The notes below the pieces were generated by a model. That model did no database searches. It was not told where the DNA came from and was given only the letters and a program-made list of their open reading frames with translations. From the human T2T-CHM13v2.0 reference genome, Homo sapiens: a stretch of 64,000 bases of DNA. Position 1 is the stretch's first letter. The number at the start of each line of letters is the position of its first letter. This document shows positions 1 to 16,682 of the stretch, piece by piece. The translations under genes and the position numbers were made by a program. The stretch lies in NCBI RefSeq assembly GCF_009914755.1, contig NC_060948.1; one strand, given 5' to 3'.

Positions 1-601
1 CTTGTGCATTCCTGGGTGTAGGCTGAAATAACTTTGGGAGGAATTTAGTTTATAGTTTAAGACAAAGAAGATAATAATCCTTTCCCAGAACAAACCTCCT
101 ACTTTCCTGGGGATTAGACTACCTTTGAACAACTAACAAATTAGCCACAAGATTAGAAATTATGGCATAGGATTCATGCAGCTGGAGGCTACAAGATTCT
201 GACCCTCCTTAATCTGCTCCTAAGATCAGTGATACAGATATTTTGTAGACCCTGCACTTGATGAATTAGCTAGAACCACCCAGATTGATAGACTGGCTCA
301 TCTGCTCTTCTGTCCCCCACCCAGGAACAGACTCAGTGCAAGAGGACAGCTTCAGTTCCCTACTGTTTCATCTCTGACCCCACCAGTCAGCACTCTAAAC
401 TTACTGGCCTTCCCCCACACACCAGATTATCCTTAAAAGCTCAGATCCCCAAATGCTCACAAAGACTGATTTGAGTAATAATAAAATTCCAGTCTCCCAC
501 ACAGCTGGATCTGCATGAATTACTCTTTATTGCAAGTCCCCTGTCTTGAGAAACTTGTTCTAGCTAGGCAGTGGGCAAGGTGAACCAACTGAGTGGTTAC
601 A
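1..601 (+). mobile_element. LTR8 (ERV1-class) solo LTR, 5' end outside window
   Basis: Colinear with recalled LTR8 consensus (CATTCCTGGG.GTAGGCTGAA..., GCTGGAGGCTACAAGATTCTGACCCTCC, GATTTGAGTAATAATAAAA); ends ...GTGGTTACA. Confidence 0.85.
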
Positions 602-689
602 AAGAGACACAAAGACAGACACACAATTAAAAGACTGTTATGTTAAAAGACAGACACACAGAGACAACATCATAAAAAGGCTAGAGAGA

Positions 690-860
690 AGCAACTGTAA
701 GCCAAGGAACACTAAAGACTGCAAGAATCCCAAGAAATCAGGAGCAGGGAATGGAATAGATTCTACCCATATTCTCAGAAAGAGTGAGTCCCTGCCAACA
801 CCTGAAATTCAGACTTCTGGATTCCAGAACTGTGAGCGAATTCATGTCTGTTGTTCCCAG
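690..860 (+). mobile_element. MLT1 (MaLR) LTR fragment
   Basis: AAGCCAAGGAACAC...CCCTGCCAACACCTGA..TTCAGACTTCTGG..TCCAGAACTGTGAG, typical MLT1 3' half. Confidence 0.65.
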
Positions 861-1189
861 CTATCCACAGTCCCAGGAATCTAATTCAGTCATTATTTGT
901 GTGTTTTTTCTCCCACATTTCTGTGTCATATGGTTGAATCTTTGTCAATTGTCATTTTTTGATTCATAATCTATCTGGCTACTTTTCTTTTATCCACTTC
1001 TGATTTGTTTTCCCTGTATCCTCCCTAACTGTCAAGACACTGAATCAATTGGGAAGAGGGAGAAGAGCATGAAGAACACTGTGGTTTTCTCCCCTCATGA
1101 TTCATTGCTGGAGAGGACATGGATCTATACCCTTCTTTCCTTCCTGTGGGGTAGTTGAGTGGATTCCACAGGAAAAAATATATACTTCC

Positions 1190-1511
<322 letters not shown>

Positions 1512-2358
1512 TAAAGCAACACTCAAAACCAATTTTCCTGTTCTTGTTAGCAACATTATGTCTCACTTTCCTATCCTATCTCCTCAGAATTGAGAAACAT
1601 ACTTCTCTATTTTATTATGGTCTTATACAAATTATGACCATGATTTTCATCTTAGAGAGCCTAAGAAATGCTTTTATTTTCATGTTTTGGAGACACCTAC
1701 AAACTTGATGGTGACATATGATGATTAAGATATTACATTTAGTTTTAGATACTATCATATCCACGTACTCTGAAATTTATAAAGAAAAGTTGCTTTTCAT
1801 TTCACCTAGTCTACTGAGAAAACAATATTCCTTTCTGTACCTAAGTCAATGAAGAGGTAAGTATAATATCTGCACCATATCCTCAACACTGTATTTGGTC
1901 TATATTTCAAATGAACTAGTTCATTTTCTTCCCAGGTCTAAGTGAGACAAACTTCTATACATTTTGAGACATTAACACAAATCCAGAAGTTTATCCCATT
2001 AAAAATCTTGTTAAAAACATAAAAGAGAGGGAAACAAAAAATTAATAAGGCACAAAATTTAGATTGAAAATAAAACAAAGACAGATGGTGATACCAGAAT
2101 TACAAATTAAGCCAAACACTTTCCAAAACCTCTGTTGGCTTTGGAGTTTAGATCTATTGTTTCCAGTCATAGCAGAAAAGCCTATTGTATCTAAAAGCTT
2201 AGGATCCTGTTGAAAGAAAGTGTAAATCTACCAAGCATAATGTTTACTTTAGGAAATTCTATTTTATTTGGTATGAGAATATATATGTACACCAACATTC
2301 ACACACAAGAGAATAAAAAAGTGTCAAATTAAAAAAATGAATCCACAATACACTTGTT

Positions 2359-2409
2359 AGCCTGGGTGACACAGAGAGACTCTGTCTCAAAAAAAAAAAA
2401 AAAAAAAAA
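2359..2409 (+). mobile_element. Alu 3'-terminal fragment with poly-A
   Basis: AGCCTGGGTGACACAGAGAGACTCTGTCTC followed by A-tract. Confidence 0.85.
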
Positions 2410-2411
2410 TA

Positions 2412-2621
2412 CAAGGGTCGAATAGCCCAAATCTGAAAATCTAAAATCCAAAACTTGAGTGTCAACATAACACTCAAAGAAAACGCCTATTGGAGTATTT
2501 TGGATTACTGGGTTAGGTATGTTCAACTGTAAGTATAATGCAAATATTCCAAAATCTGAAAAAAAAAAAATCCAAAAAAACTTCTGGTTCCAAGCATTTT
2601 GCGTAAGGGATATTCAATCTC
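2412..2621. mobile_element. Tigger4a/MER46A (TcMar-Tigger) non-autonomous DNA transposon
   Basis: AAATCTGAAAATCTAAAATCC...GTAAGTATAATGCAAATATTCCAAAATCTGAAAA...CTTCTGGTTCCAAGCATTT...TAAGGGATATTCAA. Confidence 0.8.
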
Positions 2622-2623
2622 TG

Positions 2624-2654
<31 letters not shown>

Positions 2655-2670
2655 CTGTGTATGTGTGTGT
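2622..2670. repeat. Imperfect (TG)n microsatellite
   Basis: Visible dinucleotide run. Confidence 0.95.
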
Positions 2671-2685
2671 ATATATATTACATGT

Positions 2686-3148
2686 CAGCTGTCCCCAACT
2701 GTTTTGGCACAAGGGACCAGTTTCATGAAAGACGATTTTTCCACAGTCTAGGGGGTGGGGGGTGATTTTGGGATGATTCAAGCACATTGCCTTTATTGTG
2801 CATTGTATTCCTATTATTATTACATTGTAATACATAACAAAATAATTATACAACTCACCATAATGTAGAATCAGTGGGAACCCTGAGCTCATTTTCCTGC
2901 AACTAGATTTTCCCATCTAAGGGTGATGGGAGACAGTGATAGATCATCAGGTATTAGATTCTTATAATGAGCATGCAACCTAATCCCTCACATGCACAGT
3001 TCACAATAGGGTTTGTGCTCCTATGAGAATCTAATGCTACTGCTGATCTGAGAGGAGGCAGAACTCAGTCAGTAACGCAAGTGATGGGGAGTGGATGAAT
3101 CTTTACTTGCTAGCCCGCTGCTCTCCTCCTGCTATGTGGCCCAGTTCC
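2686..3148 (+). mobile_element. MER1A (hAT-Charlie) DNA transposon, 3' end missing
   Basis: CAG..GTCCCCAAC..TTTTGGCAC.AGGGACCAGTTTC start; CAACTCACCATAATGTAGAATCAGTGGGA; CTCCTATGAGAATCTAATGC. Confidence 0.85.
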
Positions 3149-3177
3149 AATATATGGATATAGGTATATGCATATAG

Positions 3178-3432
3178 GCAGTGGCACGATCTCCTCTCAA
3201 TGCAAGCTCCACCTCCTGGGTTCACGCCATTCCCCTGCCTCAGTCTCCAGAGTAGCTGGAATACAGGTGCCCACAACCATACCCGGGTAATTTTTTATTT
3301 TTTTGTGTATTTTTAGTAGAGATGGGGATTCATTGTGTTAGCCAGCATGGTAGCGATCTCCTGACATCGTGATCCACCCGCCTTGGCCTCCCAAAGTGCT
3401 GGGATTACAGTCATGAGCCACAGTGCCAGGCC
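3178..3432 (-). mobile_element. AluY/Sc-like SINE lacking its 3' end and tail
   Basis: GCAAGCTCC, TTCACGCCATT, TTAGCCAG.ATGG, CGTGATCC motifs; no poly-T. Confidence 0.9.
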
Positions 3433-3449
3433 ATATTGTTTTAAAACAC

Positions 3450-3985
3450 AGTGTGTTCATAGAAATTTTGAGGCCAGCAGCTCTGGAGACAACTGCTAAT
3501 GAAAAAAATAGCCTCTTAATCATGAGTCCCAAGAATAAAGGGCATACCATGCCATGGGGGGTTTCATAGGAAGCACCAGGTTAGTCAGGAGGCAGAGGAA
3601 GATGGGTGTATTGTGGGCAGAGTCTTTAATGTGGTTCCTATGGGAGAAAGGGTAAGGCAGGGTGAGTAGGCTAAGATTTGCTATTTAGGGACATTTCAAC
3701 AGGCTGTGGGGCACAAGGATCTCCCTCCTAACTGTCTGATAACTGGCCTTTGGGTCATTGAGGCAGGTGAAGAGAACCCAAATTATGAGAGCCTCATAGA
3801 GGAGGCAGTTGGAGGTGTAGAGTTTTGACTAGTTGGCTTGTAGATGTTAAAAAAAAAATGTGCTTGCAGACTAGTTCTTCACTGTCTCTAGGAATTGGCT
3901 AGCCCTGGGAGTGGCTGTCACTCCAGGGTCAACAGGGCTTAAGATGTCAAAGCATGGGATGACAGAAAATTAAATACATGGTTAA
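3450..3985. mobile_element. Old LTR, probably ERVL-class (MER76-like)
   Basis: GGAAGCACCAGG...GTCAGGAGGCAG...GGCAGGGTGAGTAGGCTAAGATT resembles recalled MER76-type LTR. Confidence 0.4.
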
Positions 3986-4499
3986 TTCTCTCTCTCTTAG
4001 CACTATGCCATCTTAAGCTTTAGTTATACAGTATTTTTGCTAGAATGGAACCAAGTGGCCAACTGTGGCAGTGTTTTACATGTTTTACATTTACATAATA
4101 AATGTTTTACATTTATTATTTATAATAATAAATGCAGGGCTGCATTGAATAATTGAGTCCTTGAGGTTTCAACTGCAAAATTCTGTCTTCTTTCAACAGG
4201 GAGGCATTACTTTAATGTAGTTCAAAATTCTGGCAGATAGATTCTCAGGTAATTACAGCAATATCAAGTGCAATAACATTGACTGTTTTATTGTCCCTGA
4301 AGTGTTGGAAGAGGACATCGGGGTCTTCCAGGAGTGGTTTGACCTCTAGAGACTTTCTGGCAAGCACAGTGACACTGAATATCAACAGCAGCAGATGTCT
4401 TGAGGGCTTCCATGCTGGGGTTTGAGAAAAATGTATTCTATGGAGAAAGAGGGAAGTCTATGTATATACCCTCAAACAAAAGATCAATGGCAGATGATA

Positions 4500-4920
<421 letters not shown>

Positions 4921-5647
4921 CCTTAAATATACACACACAAGCTATTTTACACGAGACTGGAAACTATATTTTGTATGCATTTTCATTTTTGTTTAAAGGA
5001 GGCTTTGTGAACTCAGTGGTTATTGAACTCATTAAGTCCTTTCCGTTCAGCACAGAGATTAAAGGGTAGATTTTTTTTCCATGCTTACTGTAACAGTACT
5101 CATAAATATGTCTGCTGAAGCCAGTAACTTCATCAGTTAAAACTTTGGTTTGCTTTAAACATTATCATTTGAGACTTAACATAGATTAATAGGTTAAAAA
5201 AAGTACAATTACCATAATAATTAGAGTAACTGTAATAATGCATGCTTTAATCTTTCATGACATTGTCATTGAGTATATCATATTAAAGAAAACCTATTTG
5301 GTCTCATTATAGCCCTAAATGATTTTTTCAAATATTTTATAAGAAAAGAGTATATTCTGTCCAAAAGTTTTGTGCGTGAGAGGATAGCAAATGACTTTCA
5401 AAGTAGCGACCAAATAAATCAAAAGAAAATGTCCAATAGTACATATATATTCTGGCAAAAACCCAATATGTACATAGAATTCTTGCAACAATCATTAAAA
5501 TCCATAAATATGTTTTTGAAGAATGTTTACTCTATTTAATTTTCATGTAGTTGTAGGAATTGTATGCATGAAACATGTCTTTTCACTAGCTCTTCTCTGT
5601 CATAAATGTTGACTCTGACAATTTGTTTTCCTACAATTTCTAGGTGA

Positions 5648-5790
5648 GTGCTTCTCAAAATTTAACATGCATGTGAATCATCTAGAGATTTTATCAAACT
5701 AGAAGCCCTGCCTGTATTGTTCAGGAGTGAGGTGCATAGAATCTGCATTTCCAATAAACACTGAGGTCAAGCTGACACACATGCAAGGAT
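5648..5790. mobile_element. MER5A/B-like hAT fragment
   Basis: GTGCTTCTCAAAATTT..CATGC..GAATCA.CT...GAATCTGCATTTCCAA. Confidence 0.5.
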
Positions 5791-5796
5791 TTGACC

Positions 5797-5992
5797 TGCA
5801 GTGTCCAATATGGTGGCCATTAGCAACATATGGTCAATTAAATTTAATAAATTGAAATTAAATAAAATATCCAGTCATTTATTTTTAGTAGTGCATGTCA
5901 GTTATTAACAGCCAAGAGTGGCTTGTGGTTACTATAATACACAGCTCAGATATACAATATTTTCATAAGTGCTGAAGGTTTTATTGGAAAAG
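5797..5992. mobile_element. MER3 (hAT-Charlie)
   Basis: CTGCAGTGTCCAATATGGTGGCCATTAGC...GTGGCTTGTGGTTAC...GTTTTATTGGA. Confidence 0.65.
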
Positions 5993-6949
5993 TCTACCCT
6001 TTAAGATGAGAGAAGAAAGAGTGAATACTGTTTCTAAAATGAATAGCATATTTATGTTTTTCAATATAGTGACATATTTCCTAAAGTAAAAATACTTTCA
6101 AAAGCATTTTTGACTATTATGTAGTGGTTTAAAGAATTAGAGTATATAAAATACATATGAAAGCATAGTTGAACCAAGATATTTTCTTTATCTGACAGCT
6201 GATTACTCATTGAATTTTTTAAATAGTCGATTTTGAAGTATTCATCATGTATATGTCTAGAGACTTCATTTGAATCGAGCAAATATGCCTAGAAGATAAT
6301 CTCTTCATGCAAGGTAAGTAAGTGTGGTGGCATTACCATACTGTGTATTTTATTTCTAAATTTTTCAGTTTAATGCATAGTGAAAAATATTATGCCTATC
6401 TTTTTTAGAAAAAAAAAAAGAGTTTTTTTCCTAAAACTCAATAAAGTGTTATCAAGTGAGCCCTGGAAGGCATTTAGTAAACCTTTATAAGCCAGAGTGC
6501 TGGAAGAGCAAATCAGTGGGATATTGGTTTCCAGGGTCTAACTTCATATTCCTGAACTAACTTAATTTGTGTGTTTTATAGACTTGATGTTCAAGGCAAA
6601 GTATCAGATTTCACAGAAAAAAAAGTGAAGATATCTTCCAGATCTCAACAACCATTCCTCATGCATTTTGAATTAGTGTTAGTCATCTAAAGATGAACAA
6701 GCTGCTTTAGGATAAGAGGCTATTGGTAGAGACTCAGAGGTAGGTCCCTGAAGAAGTGTCAGTGTCACTTCAGAATGAAGTAAAATGAAAATGTATTTTC
6801 TCTAGTCACCCTCACTCTTTCAGTTTCCTAGATATCTACTCATCCCTTATTCATCAAGTGGTATCTTTTAGGAGAACTTCAACGATCTTCCTCTTTTGCA
6901 AGATCCATCTCATTGGGCATAAGGAAGGAGATGCAATGTTGGGAAACAA

Positions 6950-7270
6950 AGCATTGCAGTGGCTCACCTCTGTAATCCCAGTATTTTGGGAGGATGAGGT
7001 GGAAGGATCCCTTAAGGCCAGCAGTTTGAGACCAGCCTGGGCATCATGGCAAGACCCTGTCTCTACCAAAAATAAAAAACAATTAGCTGGGCATAGTGGT
7101 GTATGCATATGGCTCCAGCTACTTAGGAGGATGAAGCAGAAGGAACACTTCAGCCTGTGAGATCAGGGCTATGTTGAGCTTGAACACACCACTGCCCTCC
7201 AGCCTGGGTGACAGAGCAAGAGCCTGCCTCAAAAAAAAAAAATAAATAAATATATAAATAAAAAAAATAA
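6950..7270 (+). mobile_element. AluJ SINE
   Basis: Diverged dimeric Alu with A-rich tail. Confidence 0.9.
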
Positions 7271-7667
7271 AGCATATGGATGTTTCCCTGAGAAGTGCCT
7301 TTCTGTTAAATCAAGAGTTGATTGTAGGAAGGATGTCTTGTTCCTCCAAATATGATCAATTATTATAATCTAGTTCAAAATGAAGACAACATTTTTAAGA
7401 AATGCTAACAAAATATTTATTTTGAACTGTTAGCATATTGAAATTTTTATTTCCTCACAATTTCAGTAAACAGACATTTTAAAAATTCTGACTTTTTTCT
7501 ATCTAACTTTGTATTTATACTTTTTTGCACACATTATATGCCTTTTACATGCTCTACTCTATGTAATTCATCATTCCTTTTGTGTATTAGAAAACTTATT
7601 AACATCTGTTCATCATTTTTCTCCATTATAGATTCAGTTAAATGTTTTTTTGAAAACACTTGTCTAA

Positions 7668-8004
<337 letters not shown>

Positions 8005-8051
8005 AATTGTAGTGTATCATAGAAATGTTAAAATATGGTTGTCTGTTAATC

Positions 8052-8285
8052 CCTCTTCCTCCCTTTCTTTTCCCTTTCTTTCTTTCTTTTTCTCTTTCTT
8101 TCTTTTTTCTTTCTTTCTTTCTTTTTCTTTCTTTCTTTTTCTTTCTTTTTTTCTTTCTTTCTCTTTCTTTCTCTTTCCTTCTTTTCTTTCTTTCTTTCTT
8201 TCTCTTTCTTTCTTTCTTTCCTTCTTTCTTTCTTTCTCTTTCTCTCTTTCTTTCTTTTTCTTTCTTTATATTTTTCTCTCCCTTT
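8052..8285. repeat. Polypyrimidine (TTTC/TC)-rich low-complexity tract
   Basis: About 230 bp of almost only C/T. Confidence 0.95.
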
Positions 8286-8358
8286 CATGTAAATAGTCTT
8301 AGAAATATTGTTTGTAATGCATGTAAATAGTCTTAGAAATATTGTTTGTAATGCATGT
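8286..8358. repeat. Perfect 34-bp tandem duplication
   Basis: CATGTAAATAGTCTTAGAAATATTGTTTGTAATG twice, then CATGT. Confidence 0.95.
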
Positions 8359-10450
8359 GACTTGCCAATATTCTCAGTGGTGATTGTTAAAAATGGTGGC
8401 GTGCATGTTAAAGAGTCTTACCAAGGGAATTTTGTGAAACTAAACTTTGAAATTCTCTATCTCCTTGTAAAGTTTACGGACCAGATTTTGACTGAGCAAT
8501 TGAGTGAGTGTGAATCAGTCACCAGGTAACTTTTCTTTCACTGTATTTTACTTGGCTCTTTACCATATGAGCTGTTCCCTGGGCTCTTATCTCTGAAGCC
8601 AATTGCATGATCAGTGACTAAAAATATAATTTTATATAACTTTGATATTTGGAGACCATTTATTTACCAGTTTTCACCCCAAACAATGCTGATTATTTTC
8701 CTCTGTGAATTCTGAAATTTGCAATTTTTGTTAAAGAAACTGATGTTGAAATCAGAAAATGTATGCAATAAGTTAATCTTGGGCCTCCTTATAAGGAACA
8801 TTTTTAAATATGTGAATTATCAAATTAAAAAATAAAGCCCAAGATAATGATGTTTTAGAAATGTCCCAAAAACTGGCAACTTGATTTCAGTACAATGAAT
8901 GATACCTGAATATATGACAATAGGATCTCCTTTATTTCTCTTATCTCAAAGTTTAAATGTCTGCTCCTTTCATTATGAGTCTGATGGCTGACTTATGACT
9001 CTGTGCATGTGAAAATTACCATGCTCAGAATGTTTAGTTTTCAGTGACTAGGGCAGGTCATGCAAATAATAGTTCAGCTCAACATCCCAATTATGTCAAT
9101 ATGTTTACTTCTTTAAATTAATTACTTAAGGTTGCATCTGTTATAAACATAATATTTTAATTTTGTGATCATGAGAAGGGAGGCAGCTTTAATGTACACA
9201 AGCAATTTATAGGTTTATTATAATCTTTTCCCCACCTAAAAATGCATGGAATTGGTTAGGTACTTGTGAAGCATTCTAACCATCTGTAAATGAGTGCATA
9301 CATTGTATATATGATGGCTTTTTATTTGCTTTGGGTTTAATCTTGCTGATAATCCAGCTCAAAGGCAGTTATCTTTTTCCTACATAGTTTCTTTGAAATG
9401 GGTGCAGAAAAATCTTTTCACATATGTTCCTAAGTAGCAAATATTCACACACATCATCACGCATTTATTAAGCTTGATATTGTCTACATACAGGTTTCAT
9501 TTATGTCAATATGGGAAATTGCTCAGACGATTCCAACAGCTGTATAGAGTTCTTACACAGATCAGAAGGTCCGTAATCCATGATATTGAATAGTCTTACG
9601 GAGCCATGTTGGGAGAAACTAGTTGAACTTGAGACAAACATTATTCATCAGATTTAAACATGATGGTACAAAAATGGATCTGAAATGCATAAATCCCATT
9701 CTGGAGCCAAAAAGAAAAGAATATTTCAAATAGAAAATGGAGGAGAGAAGGTAGGATGTGAATTTGCTTTGCCTACATCTCCTTCTCAAGATACTGGCTT
9801 TAAAACCAGTGAGCCACTCTGAATCTTTGAAAGGAAAAGTCTAAGTTCCAGCACACTGAGATTGGCTGTTATAGATGTGTTTCTGATTTTGAGACTTTCC
9901 CATTTTAGGGAACCCTTAGATTAAGATGGGGGGAATCACTAAATGATTATTCTCACCTCCACTGTATACTGACTGCTCCTTAAGAAAGTGTCATTAGACT
10001 CCTAGGAGAAATCTTGTAGGGGAAAAGATGTTTCCTTCAATCTCATAGCATCAACTCTCTCATTTTTGAGAAACAAACCTGGGCTTAGATTAAGATTATG
10101 CCAAATTATAGGATTCAAGAAAAAGCTTATCATGCTCAACTATTGAATGACAGTATGTGACAGCCAACCAATTAAAGGTAATTTAGGAGAATAAAATATT
10201 TGGAGAGCTCTGGAGTAAGGACAGTCATTCCATTTATTAAATGGACGCATTTAATAAAAATGACCATAAGCCTGAAGTGACTAGGGTGGGGAAATGTCCT
10301 TGGTGAGAATAGAGTGAAGCATGAGCCATGCAACATGCTGGGATAGATGGTGCTGATGGAACATTTTGAGGAGACCTAAGCTGTTGGTGGAGGTGATAGG
10401 AGACCCAGGATAGCAGAAAGTATGGGATTTTGAACACACAGAAATGGTCC

Positions 10451-10816
10451 TGGTATGGTTTGACTGTGTCTCCACCCAAATCTCATCTTGAATTCTAGCT
10501 CCCATAATTCCCACGTGTTGTGGGAGGGACCCAGTGGGAGGCAACTGGATCTTGGGGGCAGGTCTTTCCCATGCCATTCTCATGATAATGAATATGTATC
10601 ACAAGATCTGATGGTCTTATAAAGGGGAGTTCTCATACACAGATTCTCTCTTGCCTGCTTCCAGGTAAGATGTGACTTTGCTCCTTATTTGCCTTCTGCT
10701 GCAATTATGAGGCTTCCCCAGCTATGTAGAGTTGTGAGTCAATTAAATCCCTTTCCTTTATAAATTATCCTGTCTCAGGTATGTCCTTATTAGCAGCATA
10801 AGAACAGAATAATACC
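10451..10816 (+). mobile_element. THE1 (MaLR) solo LTR
   Basis: TG.TATGGTTTG.CTGTGTC.CCACCCAAATCTCATCTTGAATT...TTATTAGCAGC...TAATAC. Confidence 0.9.
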
Positions 10817-11594
10817 AAAGGTCTGTTCTGACTAGTAGAGAAAATTGACATAGCATCACAGAATGGTCCCAGACAGAGCTAGCAGTGTGTGTTTGCACCA
10901 AGAGCAGTACAAGCTACTCTTGGTAAGCTTCACGGGGACTGCTACCAGCCTAAATCCAAAAATCACAGTTAATAAGTCTGAGTGGATATAGAAGAGAGAT
11001 AACAGATTTGTGACTTGTTCAAATAACCACAAGGACATCTGTATCATAAATGAAAAATATAGCTGGATTCCCAGATGCTGACCTCCATGCAGGGAAAGGC
11101 TTAGTAGTTCAGGGAATCCCTAATTCCTTCATGGGCTTTGATAGCTTTTCAGGTACTGAGAGGGAAATCCCTAAAATACATGGATCTTATATGCTCTTGT
11201 GAAGAATGTTGGTTTCACAAGGCAGAAGGAAAAGAGAGAAAGAGCTAGTAGGAGAGCAACATATGAGGTTGCTTCTTTCTCTTATAGAAAATTTGTGGAT
11301 ATTATTTTCAACTCAGACCTACAATGTGCACCATCATCTTTCCTCATTACCTGCTACAGACCCACCAACCCACTCACTCCCACACACATATTTAAGGAAA
11401 AAAAAACAACAGATACTCTGTTGCTCCTAGGTACCTTCTTTCTTATTCAGAAATCCATGTATATTCCTGCATTTTGGAAGAGATCACCAAAGTGACCCAG
11501 TATGAATCTATCCATTTATGAGTCATGTTTCCATAACTCAAACAATTCAAAAGTTTTAAAACCCAGAGACTCAAACAATTAAAGCAAAAATATT

Positions 11595-12305
11595 TTTTTG
11601 ATTTTCATTTTTTATTTTAGGTTCCAGGGTCCATGTGCAGGTTTGTTACATGAGTTTATTGTGTGATGATGAGGTTTGGGGTCCAAATGATCCCGCTGCC
11701 CAGGTGTTGAGCGTAGTAACCAAAAGAAAGTTTTTCAACCCCTGCTCTCCTCCCTCTTTCCCCCTCCAGTTGTTCCTACCTTCATGTTATGGGTACCCAA
11801 TGTCTAGCTCCCACTTATAAGTGAGACCATGTGGTATTTGCTTTTCTGTTCTTGCATTAATTCTCATAAGATAATGGCCTCCAGGTGCACCCATGTTGTT
11901 GCAAAGGACATGATTTCATTCTTTTTTTATGGCTGCCTAGTATTCCATGGTGTCCATGTACCACATTTTCTTATCCAGTCTACCGTTGATGGGTACCTAA
12001 GTTGATTCCATGTCTTTGCTATTGTGAGTATTGCTGTGATGAACATGCAAGTGAATGTGTCTTTTTGATAGAATAAGACACATTCTTTTTTTTTATTTTG
12101 TGTGTGTACCCAGTAATGGGATTACAGAGTCAAATGGTAGTTCTGTTTAAGTTTTTTGAGAAATTTCCAAACTGCTTTCTGCAGTGGCTGAGCTACTTTA
12201 CATTCCCACCAGTAGGGTGTAAGTGTTCCCTGTTCTCTAAATCCTCACCAACATCTGTGGTTTTTAGACTTTCTAGTAATACCTGTTATGACTGGTGTGA
12301 GATGA
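11595..12305 (-). mobile_element. Old L1 3' end (L1PA15-16/L1PB-like), 5' truncated
   Basis: CATGTGCAGGTTTGTTACATG, CTCCCACTTATAAGTGAGA, GACTGGTGTGAGATG. Confidence 0.85.
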
Positions 12306-13624
12306 ATTCTTTTTTTAAAAGTATCTTTTCTCTTTCAAGTGCGAGATAGAAATTAACAGCAAATGCATATATACTTGGACAAAATAAGCCATGGGAAGAA
12401 CTTGTCACACTTGGTTATTTCCTGCTAGAATAAGTAGAATTTCTAAGCTAATTTGTGAAAGACATCAAGAAAAGACATTCCAACTCCCATTAGCATAACC
12501 AGGTTTTATAAAATCAATATTTTATTGTTAAATGTTGCTTTATTAGCTGCATTTCTTCCTAATTGCATACATTTAGAAATTTAGTTTAATTTGGCTCATC
12601 CAGAGGTTTTGTTAGTCTTTGCTTGGATGTGTTTGTTTATTTTAGCTATAACAATAATATAATCTCATAATAGAAAATTTAAAAACAAACTTACTTTGCA
12701 AATATTTTTATCTAGCTGACTATCACATATCTTTTTAGGGTTTTAAGTTGTGCAACTTAAATATGCTTCACTTTTCAATACTGTATTTTCCCTCAATATA
12801 CAACACTTCCCACATTTACAGATGTGCATTCCTCTTATCATTTCCATCGCTAGCCCATGAATTGTTTCTAACAGTAGGTAAGAATTAGACTATGTGCAAT
12901 ATTTTGACATGAACACATTTTTGCTACAAATTGTTCAGTATTTCAGAAGGAATACTTACTATGTCTACTCAGTAATGCAATTGTCAGATTAAAGGGTGTG
13001 AATAGTTTCTTGGCTTTTCCTTCAAATTTACAAACTGTTTTTGTCAAATCTGCACTAGTTTACTAGTTCCCAAATATGGCAGGAAGAGTTACCCAGTCCT
13101 CATGTCGGCAGAAATAATGAAATCTTCATGCAATTAATAGAAGAAATGGGGGAACATGGTTAAGTCTCAATGATTGTCCACTTGATGAACACTATTGCTT
13201 ATTAATACATAAGTTACTGTCTTGATATCTTAGTATTTTTTTCCAACAGAACTTCAAGGTGCTATTTATAAGATAACTTTATAACTTACTTTTTTTATAG
13301 TGTTATCCTTCCAACCTCCTATTTATTCTGTTTTACTTCTCATTTTTAATTGAATTAGAAAATATTTCAGTGTCTAAAACCCTGAAACCCATTCATACTT
13401 AATATATATGAATGCATGAACCCATAGTTATTTCAGACCCATGTTTTTTTAAATTATAGATAATATTTACATATTTTTATATGTGGATTCTTACTAATTT
13501 GAGAAACATTTAAACATAAAGAGTAAACATTATGGCACATAATAACACAATAGATTGTATTCTGTAAAGTGTGTTCAGCATTCACAAATCAATTAATATG
13601 ACCCAATATTTTAACATACAAAAA

Positions 13625-14010
13625 GGTTAATTGAGATATAATTAATAGAGGACCATATTCAAGGCCTTCAAAATAATTAATTTATAGATATACACATATA
13701 TGTTTATGTGTGTGACAACATCATGATGATAAAGATTATAAACACAGCCATCACCTCCAATTTTTTTCTGTGTTTTTGTCTGCCATGTCTATCAGACTTG
13801 AATCCCTTTCCCTAGGCAAACTACAATCTGTTCTCTGTCTCTGTAGATTAGTATGCATTTCCTATAATTTTGTATAAATTGAATCAGACAGTACTTACTC
13901 TCCCTCTCTTTCCTTGCAATCTGACATTTTTTCACTGAGCATAATTATTTTAACACTCAACTTTTTGCAGGTATCAATACCTTATTTCTTCTTATTGCTA
14001 AGTAGTATTT
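13625..14010 (-). mobile_element. L1M (L1MB/MC) 3' region
   Basis: CCCTAGGCAA..ACAATCTG.TCTCTGTCTCTGTAGATTAG, TTTCACTGAGCATAAT, TTATTGCTAAGTAGTATT. Confidence 0.65.
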
Positions 14011-14011
14011 C

Positions 14012-16682
<2,671 letters not shown>

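Noticed and set aside
4070-4115. TGTTTTACA repeated three times
   Set aside because: Short AT-rich slippage repeat; no regular spacers, not CRISPR-like.
6311-6319. Perfect splice donor AAG|GTAAGT (another near 1854-1862)
   Set aside because: No convincing upstream acceptor or coding frame; expected by chance in 64 kb.
8012-8330. F/S/L-rich and K/E/R-rich ORFs (also 57074-57578)
   Set aside because: Translations of TTTC/GAAA simple repeats, which lack stop codons.
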